Assembly: GCA_950097015.1 (NCBI GenBank)
Contig: CATNEN010000025.1
Location: forward strand, 2,108,001 to 2,172,000
From: Macrostomum hystrix
Taxonomy: Eukaryota > Animalia > Platyhelminthes
Length of the DNA: 64,000 bases
Direction of reading: 5' to 3'
Shown here: piece after piece, positions 20,713 to 33,400 of the stretch
How the letters are laid out: every line of letters starts with the position of its first letter
How positions within the stretch are numbered: the first letter of the stretch is position 1
Notes under the pieces: model-generated
Told to the model about the DNA's origin: nothing
Database searches by the model: none
Seen by the model: the letters and a program-made list of their open reading frames with translations, nothing else
Position numbers and translations under genes: made by a program

Positions 20713-23157
20713 TTGAACTGCTTGGAAACTAGTTGTGTGGGACCTAGCGCACTATTAATGTTGGTTGCTACTGTGTGTGTCATTTTACAAAAAACTAAGG
20801 TGCCCCTTGCTTGGTATCGCTTCCCCAGCTAAAATCAATTAGATCTTATGTCCTTTGTGCTGTCCAATCTAGTTTTTATGATTTATTTTATGTTTTTAGC
20901 TTCCCCCTGTCTTTTTAGTTTTTTAGTCTTCTTAGTTCAATTTGATATGGCTGCATCAAATGATTTTAATCGAACCTTGTGCCTGATCGATAGAACATTT
21001 GCTCAATTTTCAGCTTTTAATTTGTCAATATTGTTATTAAATAACGAAATCAACAGTTTTTATTTGAATGTCAATCTGTGTTCAGGGTTAATTAGCATCT
21101 CAGAAGTGACAAAGTTTGTGCCTGTGCTTTGGTTATTGCTTCTAAGTGTCAACAATAAGATTTTATTTCATGACTTACTCCTGCCAATATGCTTATTTCT
21201 TCGAAATAATGGCAATGTGTAGAAATGTATCTTTGCATTTCATCCTTGCCTTGGAACTTTCCACTACGAGAATGTCTTTTTGTCGTCGAAACTAAAAGAA
21301 TAATACTTTGCTGTGGCGTAGAGTCAACACGTGACCAGCGCCAGTGCAGCCGCACCCAAAACCCCTCAACCTCAGTCTAGTTGAGGTGGGGGTTGGTGCA
21401 CCCAGCCAGCCGGCTTGCTAAGCCGGGGTATGAAGTCACGCCACCAGTTCACACCTCCCTAGACCCCTCTATCTCGCTCTCGCATTGTATATAAATATAC
21501 GTGCAATGCAGCACAAACTTTGCTGCCACTCCAACTCGTAAACAAAAAGGCCTTCCACCTTATTGCAGTTGTAAATTGGACGAAAATTTATTTTTTAAGG
21601 TTTTTTGTGTACTTTTAAATTTCATAATAGTCATTCTTTGTGGATAGCATGCCTTGTGCGGATTAAAAATAGTGCTCGTTTTTTCCTTGTTGATTTATTT
21701 TTGTATTTTATATTCATTATTTTGACAATAACTTTGTGTTCTATTGTGTATCAATTGACTCCAAGAAGCAAATATATATGTTGACAAGTCTCTAAAATCA
21801 CTCAATTCTAACTCAAGTAGATACCTGTTGTTCGATCTTGGAATTTGCAGATCAAATCGCAGATCACAGATCTTTGTGAGTTGCGTTCATTTTCTTCGTT
21901 TTGGCAGGATTGCTGAAGTTGGGAAGTCTTATTTTTAATTTGAAGTAGATTGTGAAATCCGTCATAGACACACCACCAGCTGTAACAAGCTCTTTCTTTT
22001 GTTACAGCTAGAGACATTACAGACATACTAGATATGTCTCTAATGTACATATCTAGAAGCTTATTGTTTCCAATTATGGATGCAGCCCTAAGCCAAATAC
22101 TGTAGAAAGCAAACAGTTTTGCAACACATAAAACCCTAAAAATGCTAAACTATTGTAAACTACTTAGATGCTAAGTTTTTATAGCTACAGATGTCCTGTG
22201 TGACTAGGCCTAATTAATTATAATTTACTATTCATTAATTTTTTATCACAAAGTTCTATTAAATAGACTTAAAAATCAAAGTGAGCCCCATGAATTAACA
22301 TCATATACTTAGGTCCAATAAATAATACTCATAATAGAAAATCTTGGACATTCTGTATATTTGGATTAGGAATTCTAAAGATGAAAATCTGAAACCACAA
22401 GATATGCCTTTGCAGTGAAATGCTTTGCCAATCAATACAAGTTACCCAACATTAGGTAGGCCTAGGCTAATTATTTAGCTAAGTCCATAATTATACATAG
22501 GCCTAGTATCTTTAAAAATGCAAAACAAATCAAATCAATCAATCAATATCCAAATCAATAGGATACTAATATATAGAGTAAAAAGCGAATATAATAGCTA
22601 CAGATTAAAGGCTTGAAAAAAATTCAGATTTAGATTGTGATTGCTTAGTTAAGTTGCTTTGAAATTTTTATGTCAAATTTGCCGTACGACAAAAATTTCG
22701 AATGCTACTGTTAACATAGCCGATTTGAATTTGATTTTCTTGTAGAAACCATATGAAACAGAACGACTGAAATGTACAATTTGATTATTTAAAAATTACT
22801 TTAATTCAGTTTTTGAAGCAACTTATTTCTTTCTTTAATTAAATTTTGTTATACAATTTATAAAAGCTTATTTTCAAAATATACCTCAAAAAGTAAGTTC
22901 AACAGCTTTAAAAATGCGCACGTTTTTTTCACTTCACGGCTCCAAAAAGTCACCATAGAAGATTTTTGCAGGACGCAAGACTTTTTAAGTTACAAAATAG
23001 CACTTTTATGTGCATTTCTTATTCAGTGTCAGAAGGCTTTTTAGTTACCTATTTGGTATTTTTTCTTTTAAAGATTTTTGCGAAATCAGGTCTTTTTAAC
23101 TTATTACGAAACTGTGGACCCACACTTTTACGCAACGCAATGCGCATGATGTCATCT

Positions 23158-24219
23158 TAAAGCACTTGCTAAATGCTATTTATTGACACCACACTGAAGG
23201 CCTGGCGTAGCATCGTTAATAAATGGCAGCGTGAAATATAGCAAAAAAACGCATAGTACCGGAACCTCGTAATTCGGTAAAATGTTAATAGCGTCAAAAT
23301 ACGAATTTTCGCACACTAACGAAGATGGCAGTCATCTGTACGTGTTTACTGGGCACAATAGTGCTCTTGGAAGCTAAGAACCTCATAGCGAAAATTAATA
23401 TATTTTCCGCCCTATGTAGTGCTCAAATGGGTTGTTTTTGCACAAAATCACGTTTTTCGATTTTGAGAGTCAATTATAAAATGATTTTGCAACTGACAGA
23501 CGTGAATGTCCCATTTTCTGAGAGTAGTCATCTAGATGTTTCTAATAAGTACTAATATGGGTCATTCTTATGCTTCACCTATCCTTAGTATAGGTACAAA
23601 GTCATTATTTCATTTCCAGCAAGTCACGTGACCTGGCCTGAGGTGTACAACGCATCGTGCAATGCCAGCGAACATACACTCAAATTAAAGCACTTTTTAA
23701 ATGCTAATTATTGACACCACACTGAAGGCCTGGCGTAGCATCGTTAATAAATGGCAGCGTGAAATATAGCAAAAAAGCGCATAACACCGGAACCTCGTAA
23801 TTCCGTAAATGTTATTAGCGTAAAAATACGAATTTTCGCACACTAACGAAGATAGCAGTCATCTGTACGTGTTTACTGGGCACAATAGTGCTCTTGGAAG
23901 CTAAGAACCTCATAGCGAAAATCAATAAATTTTTCACCCTATGTGTGCTCATATGGGTTGTTTTTGCACAAAATCACGTTTTTCGATTTTAAAAGTCAAT
24001 TATAACAAAATTTTGCAACTGACAGACGTGAATATCTTTTTTTCTGACAGTAGTCATCTAGGTGTTTCTAATAAGTACAAATTTTGGCTCATTCTTACGC
24101 TTCACCTATCCTTAGTATAGGTACAAAGTCATTATTTCATTTCCAGCAAGTCACGTGACCTGACCTGAGGTGTACAACGCATCGTGCAATGACAGCGAAC
24201 ATACATTCAAATTAAAGTA
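23158..24219 (+). repeat. Tandem duplication, two ~528-bp units
   Basis: attgacaccacactgaagg occurs at 23182 and 23710, and the units are colinear and highly similar throughout. Confidence 0.9.
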
Positions 24220-24770
24220 CAACTAAAATGTAGTTCAATGACACCAAGCGCGTCGCGCTCCGGTAATCCGCTCAAAAGTTACAGGCTAAAATGTATGCTC
24301 GATATGCAAGCCCCCCGTACCGTCGTTAAAGTACATTTCTGTACCGGCAGCGAATTCAATAAACTAAGACGAAATTTCAAGATATACATATTGTGCGCAA
24401 TTTAGTTGTGCACCTTGCCTAAAAAGTCTGATTTTCCTAGCATGTCGTCGTTTCTTATTTTTTGTACATTTGTATCATGAAAAATGCATAAAAATAGCCT
24501 AAATCACGTTTATCGACTTTAGCAGTGTATGGCTCAAAGTCAGTGCAACGAAACGGCTCAAAATGTATTATAAACATGTAGATCTTACCTAAATGACAGC
24601 ATTCATGTACTTTTTAGAGTCTTGCAACAAGGTTGAATTTCCTTTATTTCGGTTCGAATACCTACCCGTCGAATATTCGAATGTAATTAACAGGTGCGAA
24701 TGTACAGTTAAAGTGAGTATCTTGGTTAAAGTCGTGCGTCATGTAAGAGTCCCAGGTGCCATCGTTAGAA

Positions 24771-24818
24771 TGACGCAGCTCAAAGGTCGCGCTGACGCGC
24801 GACCTTTGAGCTGCGTCA
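24771..24818. repeat. Perfect 22-bp inverted repeat with a 4-nt loop
   Basis: tgacgcagctcaaaggtcgcgc-tgac-gcgcgacctttgagctgcgtca. Confidence 0.95.
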
Positions 24819-25232
24819 GTTGAAAGTTGAAAAAAATGCGCATTTTTTGACACTTAAAAAACACACTTTTACAGAATTACCTATCAAGGTAAGCATTTAG
24901 CGGAAAATAACCAATCAGTGTCTTGAAGGTCTGAAAATTCGCCAAAAGTTGGGTTCAATCAATTTTTGACTCCATATTGTGAATCCTTATTTTTTGAGAT
25001 TCAAGATTTCGACGGGTCTAAAAAAAGTCACTTTTTTGTTGCCATGGCAACCAAGACGCGTTGCTATGGAACTTTCACGTCGCTCATCTTGTAGCCCTAA
25101 ATGTTTTACGTCCATAAAGGGGTCACACATGGTTTCATCTCAAGTGGTTTTAATTCTGCATCAATTTTAGTTTTTAAAACGTTGATTTTACGTTGGGGGA
25201 GTCTCCGGGCAATCTTATATCGGTCTCGTTTG

Positions 25233-25303
25233 TCCGAAAAAATTGCCAACGAGGAGCTACGCTCGCTTCGCTCGCTTCGCTCCTCGTTGGCAATTTTTCC
25301 GGA
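25233..25303. repeat. 20-bp perfect hairpin (extendable by 4 bp) with a gctcgcttc-repeat loop; possible Helitron-type 3' terminal hairpin
   Basis: aaaaattgccaacgaggagc (25238-57) / gctcctcgttggcaattttt (25279-98). CTAGT occurs at about 25320. Confidence 0.55.
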
Positions 25304-27792
25304 CTGCACTTCGACCTAACTAGTGTGAGACTTCGAATTCTTAAATTCAAAGTTACTTGCAGATTATAAAAACTCCTTATGAAAAAATAGCTAAAAACAA
25401 CCCTTGTACGTTCAACTTGTTATCTGTGTGAAAATCTACGAACCTTAAAATAATATTTTAGAGGCATTCAAATTATACCATATAGTAACAGAGAAATATT
25501 AATAGCCAATCATGGTTAGCCCATAGACAAAAATCATTTAAAAAATCCAACGAGAAGACTGCATAATAAAAAAATTTGTTGGTTAAAAGCATGGATTAGA
25601 ATTTTAGTATTTAAGTTATTTTAGTTAGTTATTTTTAGTTATCATAGTTATTTTAGTATCTATGGTTAAAAGCATCTAAATGGAATCTGCAACTAATAAA
25701 ACAGCCTCTCATACATATATACATATAAAAATATGTATCCAGTGTTAAAACGGCCCTTTTCAGGGCCACTAATGGGTAATTATGTATACTCGTTGTGATA
25801 AGTTAGTTAGTTAGTAATTAGTTAGTTGAGTTTGTTAATTAAAACTTTTGACACTGACTGTCTTCTTTCGGCCCTAGATATTTCTTTCGGTTGTACTGCT
25901 GGAGGCCTTCCATTGTGGGGCACTATCTTTTTGTTGGCTCGGGCTGGAGGTCGCCTGCAGTTCGCCACAAGCCCTTGATTTTTCTTGCGGTGTACCTGTC
26001 CTTCAGGTACAGAGCCTGGAGGTCGGCCGTGGACGTGGCGACCATCTGGCCGCCATCAATGTCAACTTTGGCCACAAGTTGGCCTTCACCACAGGCCGCC
26101 CCCAGATGTTAACATCCACGAACTTTTGTCCAGGGTGGTGGTTGTTATCCTTGTCGGCTGTTGTGCTGGAAGGGTGTTCAAATCCATTTGACTTTCCCAT
26201 ACATTCTGCTTCATCCCTAAGTTTTCTTTCCTGATCTTCCTCCTAATTTCTCTCTGGCTTGCTTGTGGCTTGGCCTCTAGGCTGTTGCTATTTTTAGCCT
26301 ACATTATCACAGAGCTCTCTCGAGTTCCTTTCAGATTTCTTATACTACAGCAGATAGAGAAATTAAGTGATAAGCCATGTTACACAATAAAGTAATTAGA
26401 TAATAAAAGTGAAATTAGCACAATGAATCTAAAGCAAAGCTAGCCATAGAAGAGTTTTTACTTGATTGTTGAGCAAAGTGTACTTCCAAGTAGTTTTGAT
26501 CAAAACTGGGAGTATAGTTTCAACAAACCTTTTTGTGCAAGTGCTTCCTAAAATATTATGCATGTTTGCTTGTTATAAGGTTAGATTCTAAGATTTTTGT
26601 CTATAGGCTAATTTAATTTAATTTGTTGTATGACATAAAACATAATCTAGAATATTAAACTTTAGCAGCCATTAAGGTGAGATAGCTCTCTTACTCTCTA
26701 GGTAACATAGCAATTAAAAATAATCATTAAGTAAAGGGCTACATTTAGATAACACCACTAAGACAAACTAAAATAATATACAACTCACTATTTTAGTTCT
26801 TTCTTTAATCTGGTACAATGCAGTCCAAGACAACAAATACCTAATAGGTTAGCCTTTTACAATAAATGTAGCTATAGTTCATATTTCCAACTTTCATATT
26901 TCTAAACAGCCAAAAATAGTTATTTTTAGCTAATATATATATTATTCAAGATTGTCTTAGTCTCAGTTCAAAACTGTAATCAATCATTGAATTTAATTAT
27001 ACTTAGTACAAATAGAAAATAAATTTGCGAGTATAAACCTAGACCTTATGACAGATATTAAAATGATTTTGAGATATTAACAGTAAGACTACAAAGTCAT
27101 TTTGCTGCTAATTTTTTTACTAAAGGGGTACTTCCCCTGAACTTTGTGAGCACCTAAATGCTAACAGCAATGGGTAGTGACTAATTGGTTAACAGACTTA
27201 GCAAGATATCCTAGGGTTGAGCTATACCTAATATTTAGGCTAGATTGGTGAAATTGAAGAATTTGTGTCAATTTATCTATAGTGGCCATTTTACACCTGT
27301 TGTAGCCCTTGAAACTCCAGCAGTCTGTCTAGATAAAGGTGGGTGACCACCAAAGACAGAGATAATGCTAGTATATTTGGGTAACATGCTAAATAAACTT
27401 TAAAGGACTTAGCAAGGCTGCACTGAGGCGCAGTGCTAATTTGTCCCTGTATGAAATAGGCCTACACTAGTGCTGATAGGAAAAAATTGACCTTTTACAG
27501 AACTATTTAATATCTTGAGTATAAAGAGCAAGCAACTTAATTAGTGTTTTAGAAGATACATAAGAAAAAGTTGACCTATGCTCTTGAGTTTGTATATTTG
27601 CATTGCTTTTGCTTAGTTTTGTTGTTTTGTTAGCAAAAATTGTCAGGGGAATCTTCCCATTTGTAGTTTTACTGTTAACATTGCGATTATAGGCATGTAG
27701 ACATGGGTCACATGGTATGACTTGCAATTAAGCAGTTATTGAAAAATGAAAAAAATGAGTAACTTATTTCAAAGGAAGCATGTTGCAAATCA

Positions 27793-28297
27793 GGTGATCC
27801 TTCTGTACCCCTTAAATTCAGGAAAGTAGTTTTTTTCAAAAGAAAACGATAGTAGAAGAAAGGTGGCACTTTTATCTTTTATTCTTAGCATAGCATTGTG
27901 CTAGGAATGCAAATCATTCAGCAGCATGTCCTTCCTGGAATGCAGATTTTGACTGACCAATAGGCAGCATACAATCAGCTGCCCAACCATGCCACTGTCA
28001 ACCATACCCTGCAGTTTGTGAACACTTCCAATCCTACAATGCATACCATAGCATTGAGAGTGACTGGAGAAATGTCAAAGCGAAGCTGTGTCAGAAGCAT
28101 GGCACATCGATCTGGCAACTTGTTTGACATCTTTAGGAGTTCATTTGGAAACATCATTTTGGTTTGGAAACCTGATCTACTGGATCCAGCATAACTATCT
28201 GTGCTAATACAATATAAAAGTGCCACCTTACTTCTATTATCATTTTCTTTCGAAAAAACGATATTCCTGAATTTACAGGGGGTATGGAAGTATTGCC
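27793..28297 (+). mobile_element. Non-autonomous Merlin (IS1016/ISXO2-type DDE) DNA transposon
   Basis: ~80-bp TIRs: GGTGATCCTTCTGTACCCC-TTAAATTCAGG... vs reverse complement GGCAATACTTCCATACCCCCTGTAAATTCAGG.... Internal transposase remnant: IIQQHVLPGMQILTDQ*AAYNQLPNHATVNHTLQFV...HT / SIESDWRNVKAKLCQKHGT...HL*EFIWK. The 8-bp flanks gcaaatca / acaaattg match at 5 of 8 positions. Confidence 0.85.
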
Positions 28298-30466
28298 ACA
28301 AATTGTCCTATTGTGTATCTCTTAATTACTAATTATGAGCTAATAAGCAACTAGCTAAGCAGATACAATAGCTACCAATTGAGTGTTGATCTTGCTAGGC
28401 CTACACAGATATGTAGAGCCATGTTAAAAAGCTTAGAAATGTAAAAATAGGCCTAGGCCTAAATCAGAGGGCCTAGGCCCTACCCTAAAAAATAAGTGGG
28501 TTAGCTAGTATAGCAAGTCAGATTATTTTCTATAAGCGACCTTTATCTAGCGTTCTGAAATGCTAGCTATAGATAATAATATAAATAGAGGTAGAAATCA
28601 GGAAATCAGGCCGCAACAAAAATTATAAAAATAAAAGCCTCATGGCTCATGCTAAAAACCATTTGTAAATTATATTGTATCGATATTAATCAGTAACGTT
28701 TTCTTTAGATAGCTATTGCCACCTAGTGCATACTTAATAAACGGATAGCTACTTTGCCTGCCTATAAACACTTTATTTTATGCTTAATAATTCTTCTTGT
28801 GGTTTTAAAATTATCCTGGCAAGACATTTACAACAAACAATCAGAGAACTCCTTAACGATCGGAAATGATTACCGTAGCTAGGCCCTAGCGTGCAATAGA
28901 TGGAGTTAGGCTAATTTCAATTTTGCAATAGTGCTCACATGAAATCATTCTCGAAAAGAGAGAAGTAAACAGGATGTTTATTTGTTGATAGTTTTGTTGA
29001 GACCAAGATGTTAAAAAAAGAAACCGATTGTTTTTTGTTCTAATCTCACGATATGTTTTGGATTATACAAATTACCAAAGAAAATTTAATTTTTCTATTT
29101 ATTTATTGTCGCAGACTCTCGAATCCGATTACAGTCTTCGATCGTTTTCACTATTTCGCATTTAATTCTTGTCATTCTTTAAAGATTAAAGAGCGCGCAA
29201 AATGAAAAAATGAGTAACTTATTTCAAAGCTTCTCCAACAGGTAGGTTAGCTACTTGTATTATCATGTTAGAAGGCATTCCTAAACGCCTATGGTTAGCT
29301 ATTATTAGGTCTTTTTGCATTAGCCACAAAAATCTACTTGTTTTGTCTGCTATTCTTTAGAAGTTATTCAATATATTGGCTGAGTTTCTTATCTAAGTGA
29401 TTTTAATAGCTCTTTTTAGACAGTTATAAATATTTGACAGCTCTTCTTAAAGTGATACATTATAGTTATTTTTTCTACAAATTTAATACAGTTCTTGCCT
29501 TGCAAGCCCAAACTGTCTTTTACAGTTTAGCTATTGAATGTCTCAATTAATTTTGGCCATGTTTTGCTGTTAACCACAACACATCCAAAACCCTATTTTA
29601 CTTCATCTAAACTAGTTGAAGTCTCCTCAAGTGATAGCTAGCTACTTTAATTCTTAAGCTCCTTAAGCCTGGATGGAATTTAGAAATTTGCCTCACTAAG
29701 TTGTGTATATGACTATGATTTGTGACATGCTTTTGTATGGCTGATATTAGGCATATTGCACTGTAGCCTATTGTTTATGAGTGCGGAATTAAATATTTAA
29801 TTTAATTATACCTTATGAAAAATTAGACCACATATTTTGTTAATGTTGCTAAAGTAGCTAGACTACATTTTTATCAAAAAGGTTTTTTTTCTTGTATATC
29901 TAGCTTGTTATATTAATTCTAAATCATGATGGATCAGATTTAATAGCAACATAATCCAACACACTTAATACTAGAGTTACGATTTAATTAAAAGTTTTGA
30001 ACTTTTTAATAGTTCAAATGAAATAACTTTTAAGGGCTCTTACAAAACCATTCACAATAATTAGTTGTATTTTCTTGATCTAACTTGCTGCATTTCTTTT
30101 CTGAAAACCTACTTTGTTTCTACTATTACTAATAAGTAGTAACAATATGGTAAAATTTGCTCTTGACCTTTGTGCAGCTATTTCTCCTTTGTGCAGTTAT
30201 TTGTGCTGAAAGGACTCATTCGCTTTTTCTACTGTCAGTAGCTACTATTTTGCTGAAATAAAAAAAATTAATCAAGTTTGTGACATTATTATTGTTTTAC
30301 ATGTAGCTAGCCTGGTAATCATTTATTGTATACCATATATATACCATATAAAAATTTACATTTTACTATTTCTGTTTTTATTTGACAATTATCAACTTAA
30401 ATGTGTAACCAATTTGATTTAGTAACAAAATGTTGAGTTTTTCTGGTTTAATATCTGACTTTTTAG

Positions 30467-33400
30467 ATCCGATATCACCTTGGAGATTGCCAAAGACAAC
30501 TTGTATCCAGACCAATCTGAAGCTTCAAGCAGAACTTCGTTGCCAGAAGGCTCCAGTCGAGATGGAAATTCGCGAAATTCCCATGATGATAAGCGGCCAG
30601 TCAAGAGAGACCTACTTTCTTTCATGTCTCGAAAGGTATTTAGAAGCTGTTATATCTATGCCTTAAAGAAACATCTTTGTGTATATAAGTTTGCAATAAA
30701 TGTAAATACAATAAAATGACTTCGCAAAAGATACAAAAATATAATTGATTTATATGCAACTGCCCATTTGTTCAAGCGCTATCGTTCGTAAATGTCTGAG
30801 GATTAGGGTGTTGTGGGGTTAGCAGAATCCAAAAATTTTTCGCATTGCTACATGCCTGTTATTTTTAGCTCCCGTCTTGCTGGTTTCGATTTATTATAGT
30901 TAGCAAACTGTGTATTACTAAGCCTTAAGTTTTGGTTACTTGAAATCCGATTCAAACTCAATTATCGGCTGTACAAAAGATATATTTATTATGCACAAAA
31001 AGTTTAGTGTTTATTCTTTAAGAACAAAACAGTTAATTGCGTCACAGATTATGATTTCTTGGTATTTATATATACCACTGTATGTAGCACTGAAATATTT
31101 TATTCGGTATTCCTTTTTAGTGTTCTGGACCCACTGACTCAGAAAATTCTGTCAGAAATAATGCCATCAGTCAGCAACAATTGGACGTAGCTCAGTCAGA
31201 GTTCCGTGATGAAGCAGGTACTCAGGATCAACAAGAGAGCGACGTTCGAATGGGATGCCACACAGAATCAATGCCATCCAATGCGTGCTTTGGTGAAGAT
31301 GTGATGACATTTTTGTCTGAGGAGTATGGAACTACTTTTCAATCACAGCTAGATCTAACTGCTGTTCTTACTACCACGCTAGCTCCTAAGCAGGTTAGCT
31401 TCCAATCTATTTCTCGAGCGAAGTCTTCAGCTATCCAGGTCTCTCAAACACTATTGGTGCCATCTATTCAAGCTGATGCGAGCAAAACAGAGCTGGAGAA
31501 GACCATTTTGCGAGACTGCTCTGGTTCTTCAACTATAGATTCACATATTGAAGGTAGCGACCTTTGCCCTGATGATTCTGAATCGAATCAGGAAGCATTT
31601 AATATTATCTCAGCGGTTGAAAACTTTACTACGGCAAGTGAGTTCGAACCAGCTGGTGACTGTGAGTTTTCTAAGAAACCAAAATTAGCATCAAAGCCGT
31701 CAAAGATTGAGTTCTCAGTGTCTCAATCTGCTTCAACGTACCATAAGTGGAAATCGTCGGTGAGTGTACCGGAAGAACTTGTACGTAAGCTGCCCAAGCC
31801 AGCTGTTCAGCCAAGGTTACCACCAGAACTAGCACAAAGTCACTCCGGTCCTCAAGTTTTAAAATCAAGTCTAAATATAGACTTCAAAAAGCAAGCAACA
31901 ACTAAAGCAGAACTTAGATTCAACTCTTTGGCTAGCGAGAAGCAATCAGCGGCGGCTTCAGCAGGTGTAACTAGCGCATCAACTACCGAAAAGCCACCCG
32001 TAAGGCTTGTTATTAAGACACTCTCTCGCGAATCAAAACCCCAAAGAGTTGTGATAATCTCTTGCTCAAGCTCAGTTCGTCGTGACACTGTTTATCATCC
32101 CAATGATGACAGCGACTCAGATTCCTGTGGCCAGAACCCAGCTGTGTATGGGGCTTCTCACACAACGCCTAGTGTGTCACTAGTTGTCCCTCAAGAGTCC
32201 TCGGAGAAAAATTCGGAGTCTGGACATGCTAATCAAAGTGGCAAAGAACAAAGCCGCTCACTTTGTTTTTGCGCAATTCAGCCAACCGTGTGTCTTTCAA
32301 AAATAGATTCTGTGAGCAGCTGTTCAGAAAAATGTAATAAGATTTTGCCGTTACGTTCTTTTGCGCAGTCGACTTATGAGTCGTTGCAGGGTTTGTTTTG
32401 CAGACTCTGTGAGTTCAAAGAAGAAACCGATGAATCGAGAAAGTCATTTAGTATCGAGTCACAATATTCCTCCGAGAAAGGAACAAGGCCAGTGCATGAT
32501 ACTCCGAATGAGTTAAAGCGACTATCAGATTCATCAGGCTACTGTGCATTTTCTAGGATCCCTGATAAGCGCGAGGCCAAAAATATCGCCGCCCTCTACC
32601 AAAGCTCACTACAGGCCCTTTCGAAGAACTCGACTAAGTTGAAGTCAGAACATTTAGTCGCTGAAACAAAGCACTTAAAGCTTCAAAGTCAGAGAGTAAA
32701 GCACACTGTACATAAGACACAACGCCCTTTTTCTACAGGGGCTGCTTCCTCTAATGCTGAAATGCTGACAGGGCAAAGATCCTTGGTTCACCACACTAAA
32801 AGTTTGAAAACCATTAGACGCCGAATCCGAGCTAAACGGCGGCTCGTTTTTCGCCGTCTACAAGCTGCTATTTCAAAGCAAGTCCGTCAGCTATCGGTAA
32901 ATTTAGAGGCTGCGAGACCTTATAATAAAGATGCTTATAAGCCGACAACACCGACGCTGCTTGACCCGCTTGTCGCTGCTTCTTTAAATTGGTCAACTCG
33001 GGAGCCAAGTGTAGACCATCTTGGTCGTTCTTCACTTCATGTTGCGATGGGTTCTACCGACGAAGCAACTCTTCAGTATGTTATCAATTTCTACAAGCAA
33101 AAGGATCATCTAGATTGCAAGGATAACGATGGCTTGACTCCGCTGTTTTTGGCATGCCGGAATGGAAATATCAGGGGTGCTTTCTTGCTGTTGGCCGCTG
33201 GTGCTTCAAACAGTATGGTTTGTCCTGTCAGTGGTAACACACCTCTTCATGAAGCCGTTTTGAAGGCGAATCTTCCTCTCGTCAAGTTGCTAGTTGATTT
33301 TGGTGCTGATATAACGACCGAAAATAAGCAGAATCGTCGAGCTATTGACTTATCTACTTCTGAAGAGATCTCGATGTTCCTAGCAAATGCTCTTGAAGCG

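Noticed and set aside
20290-20716. ORFs 20300-20716 (+) and 20290-20667 (-)
   Set aside because: They are shadows of the frameshifted LOTUS frame, which carries the recognisable motif.
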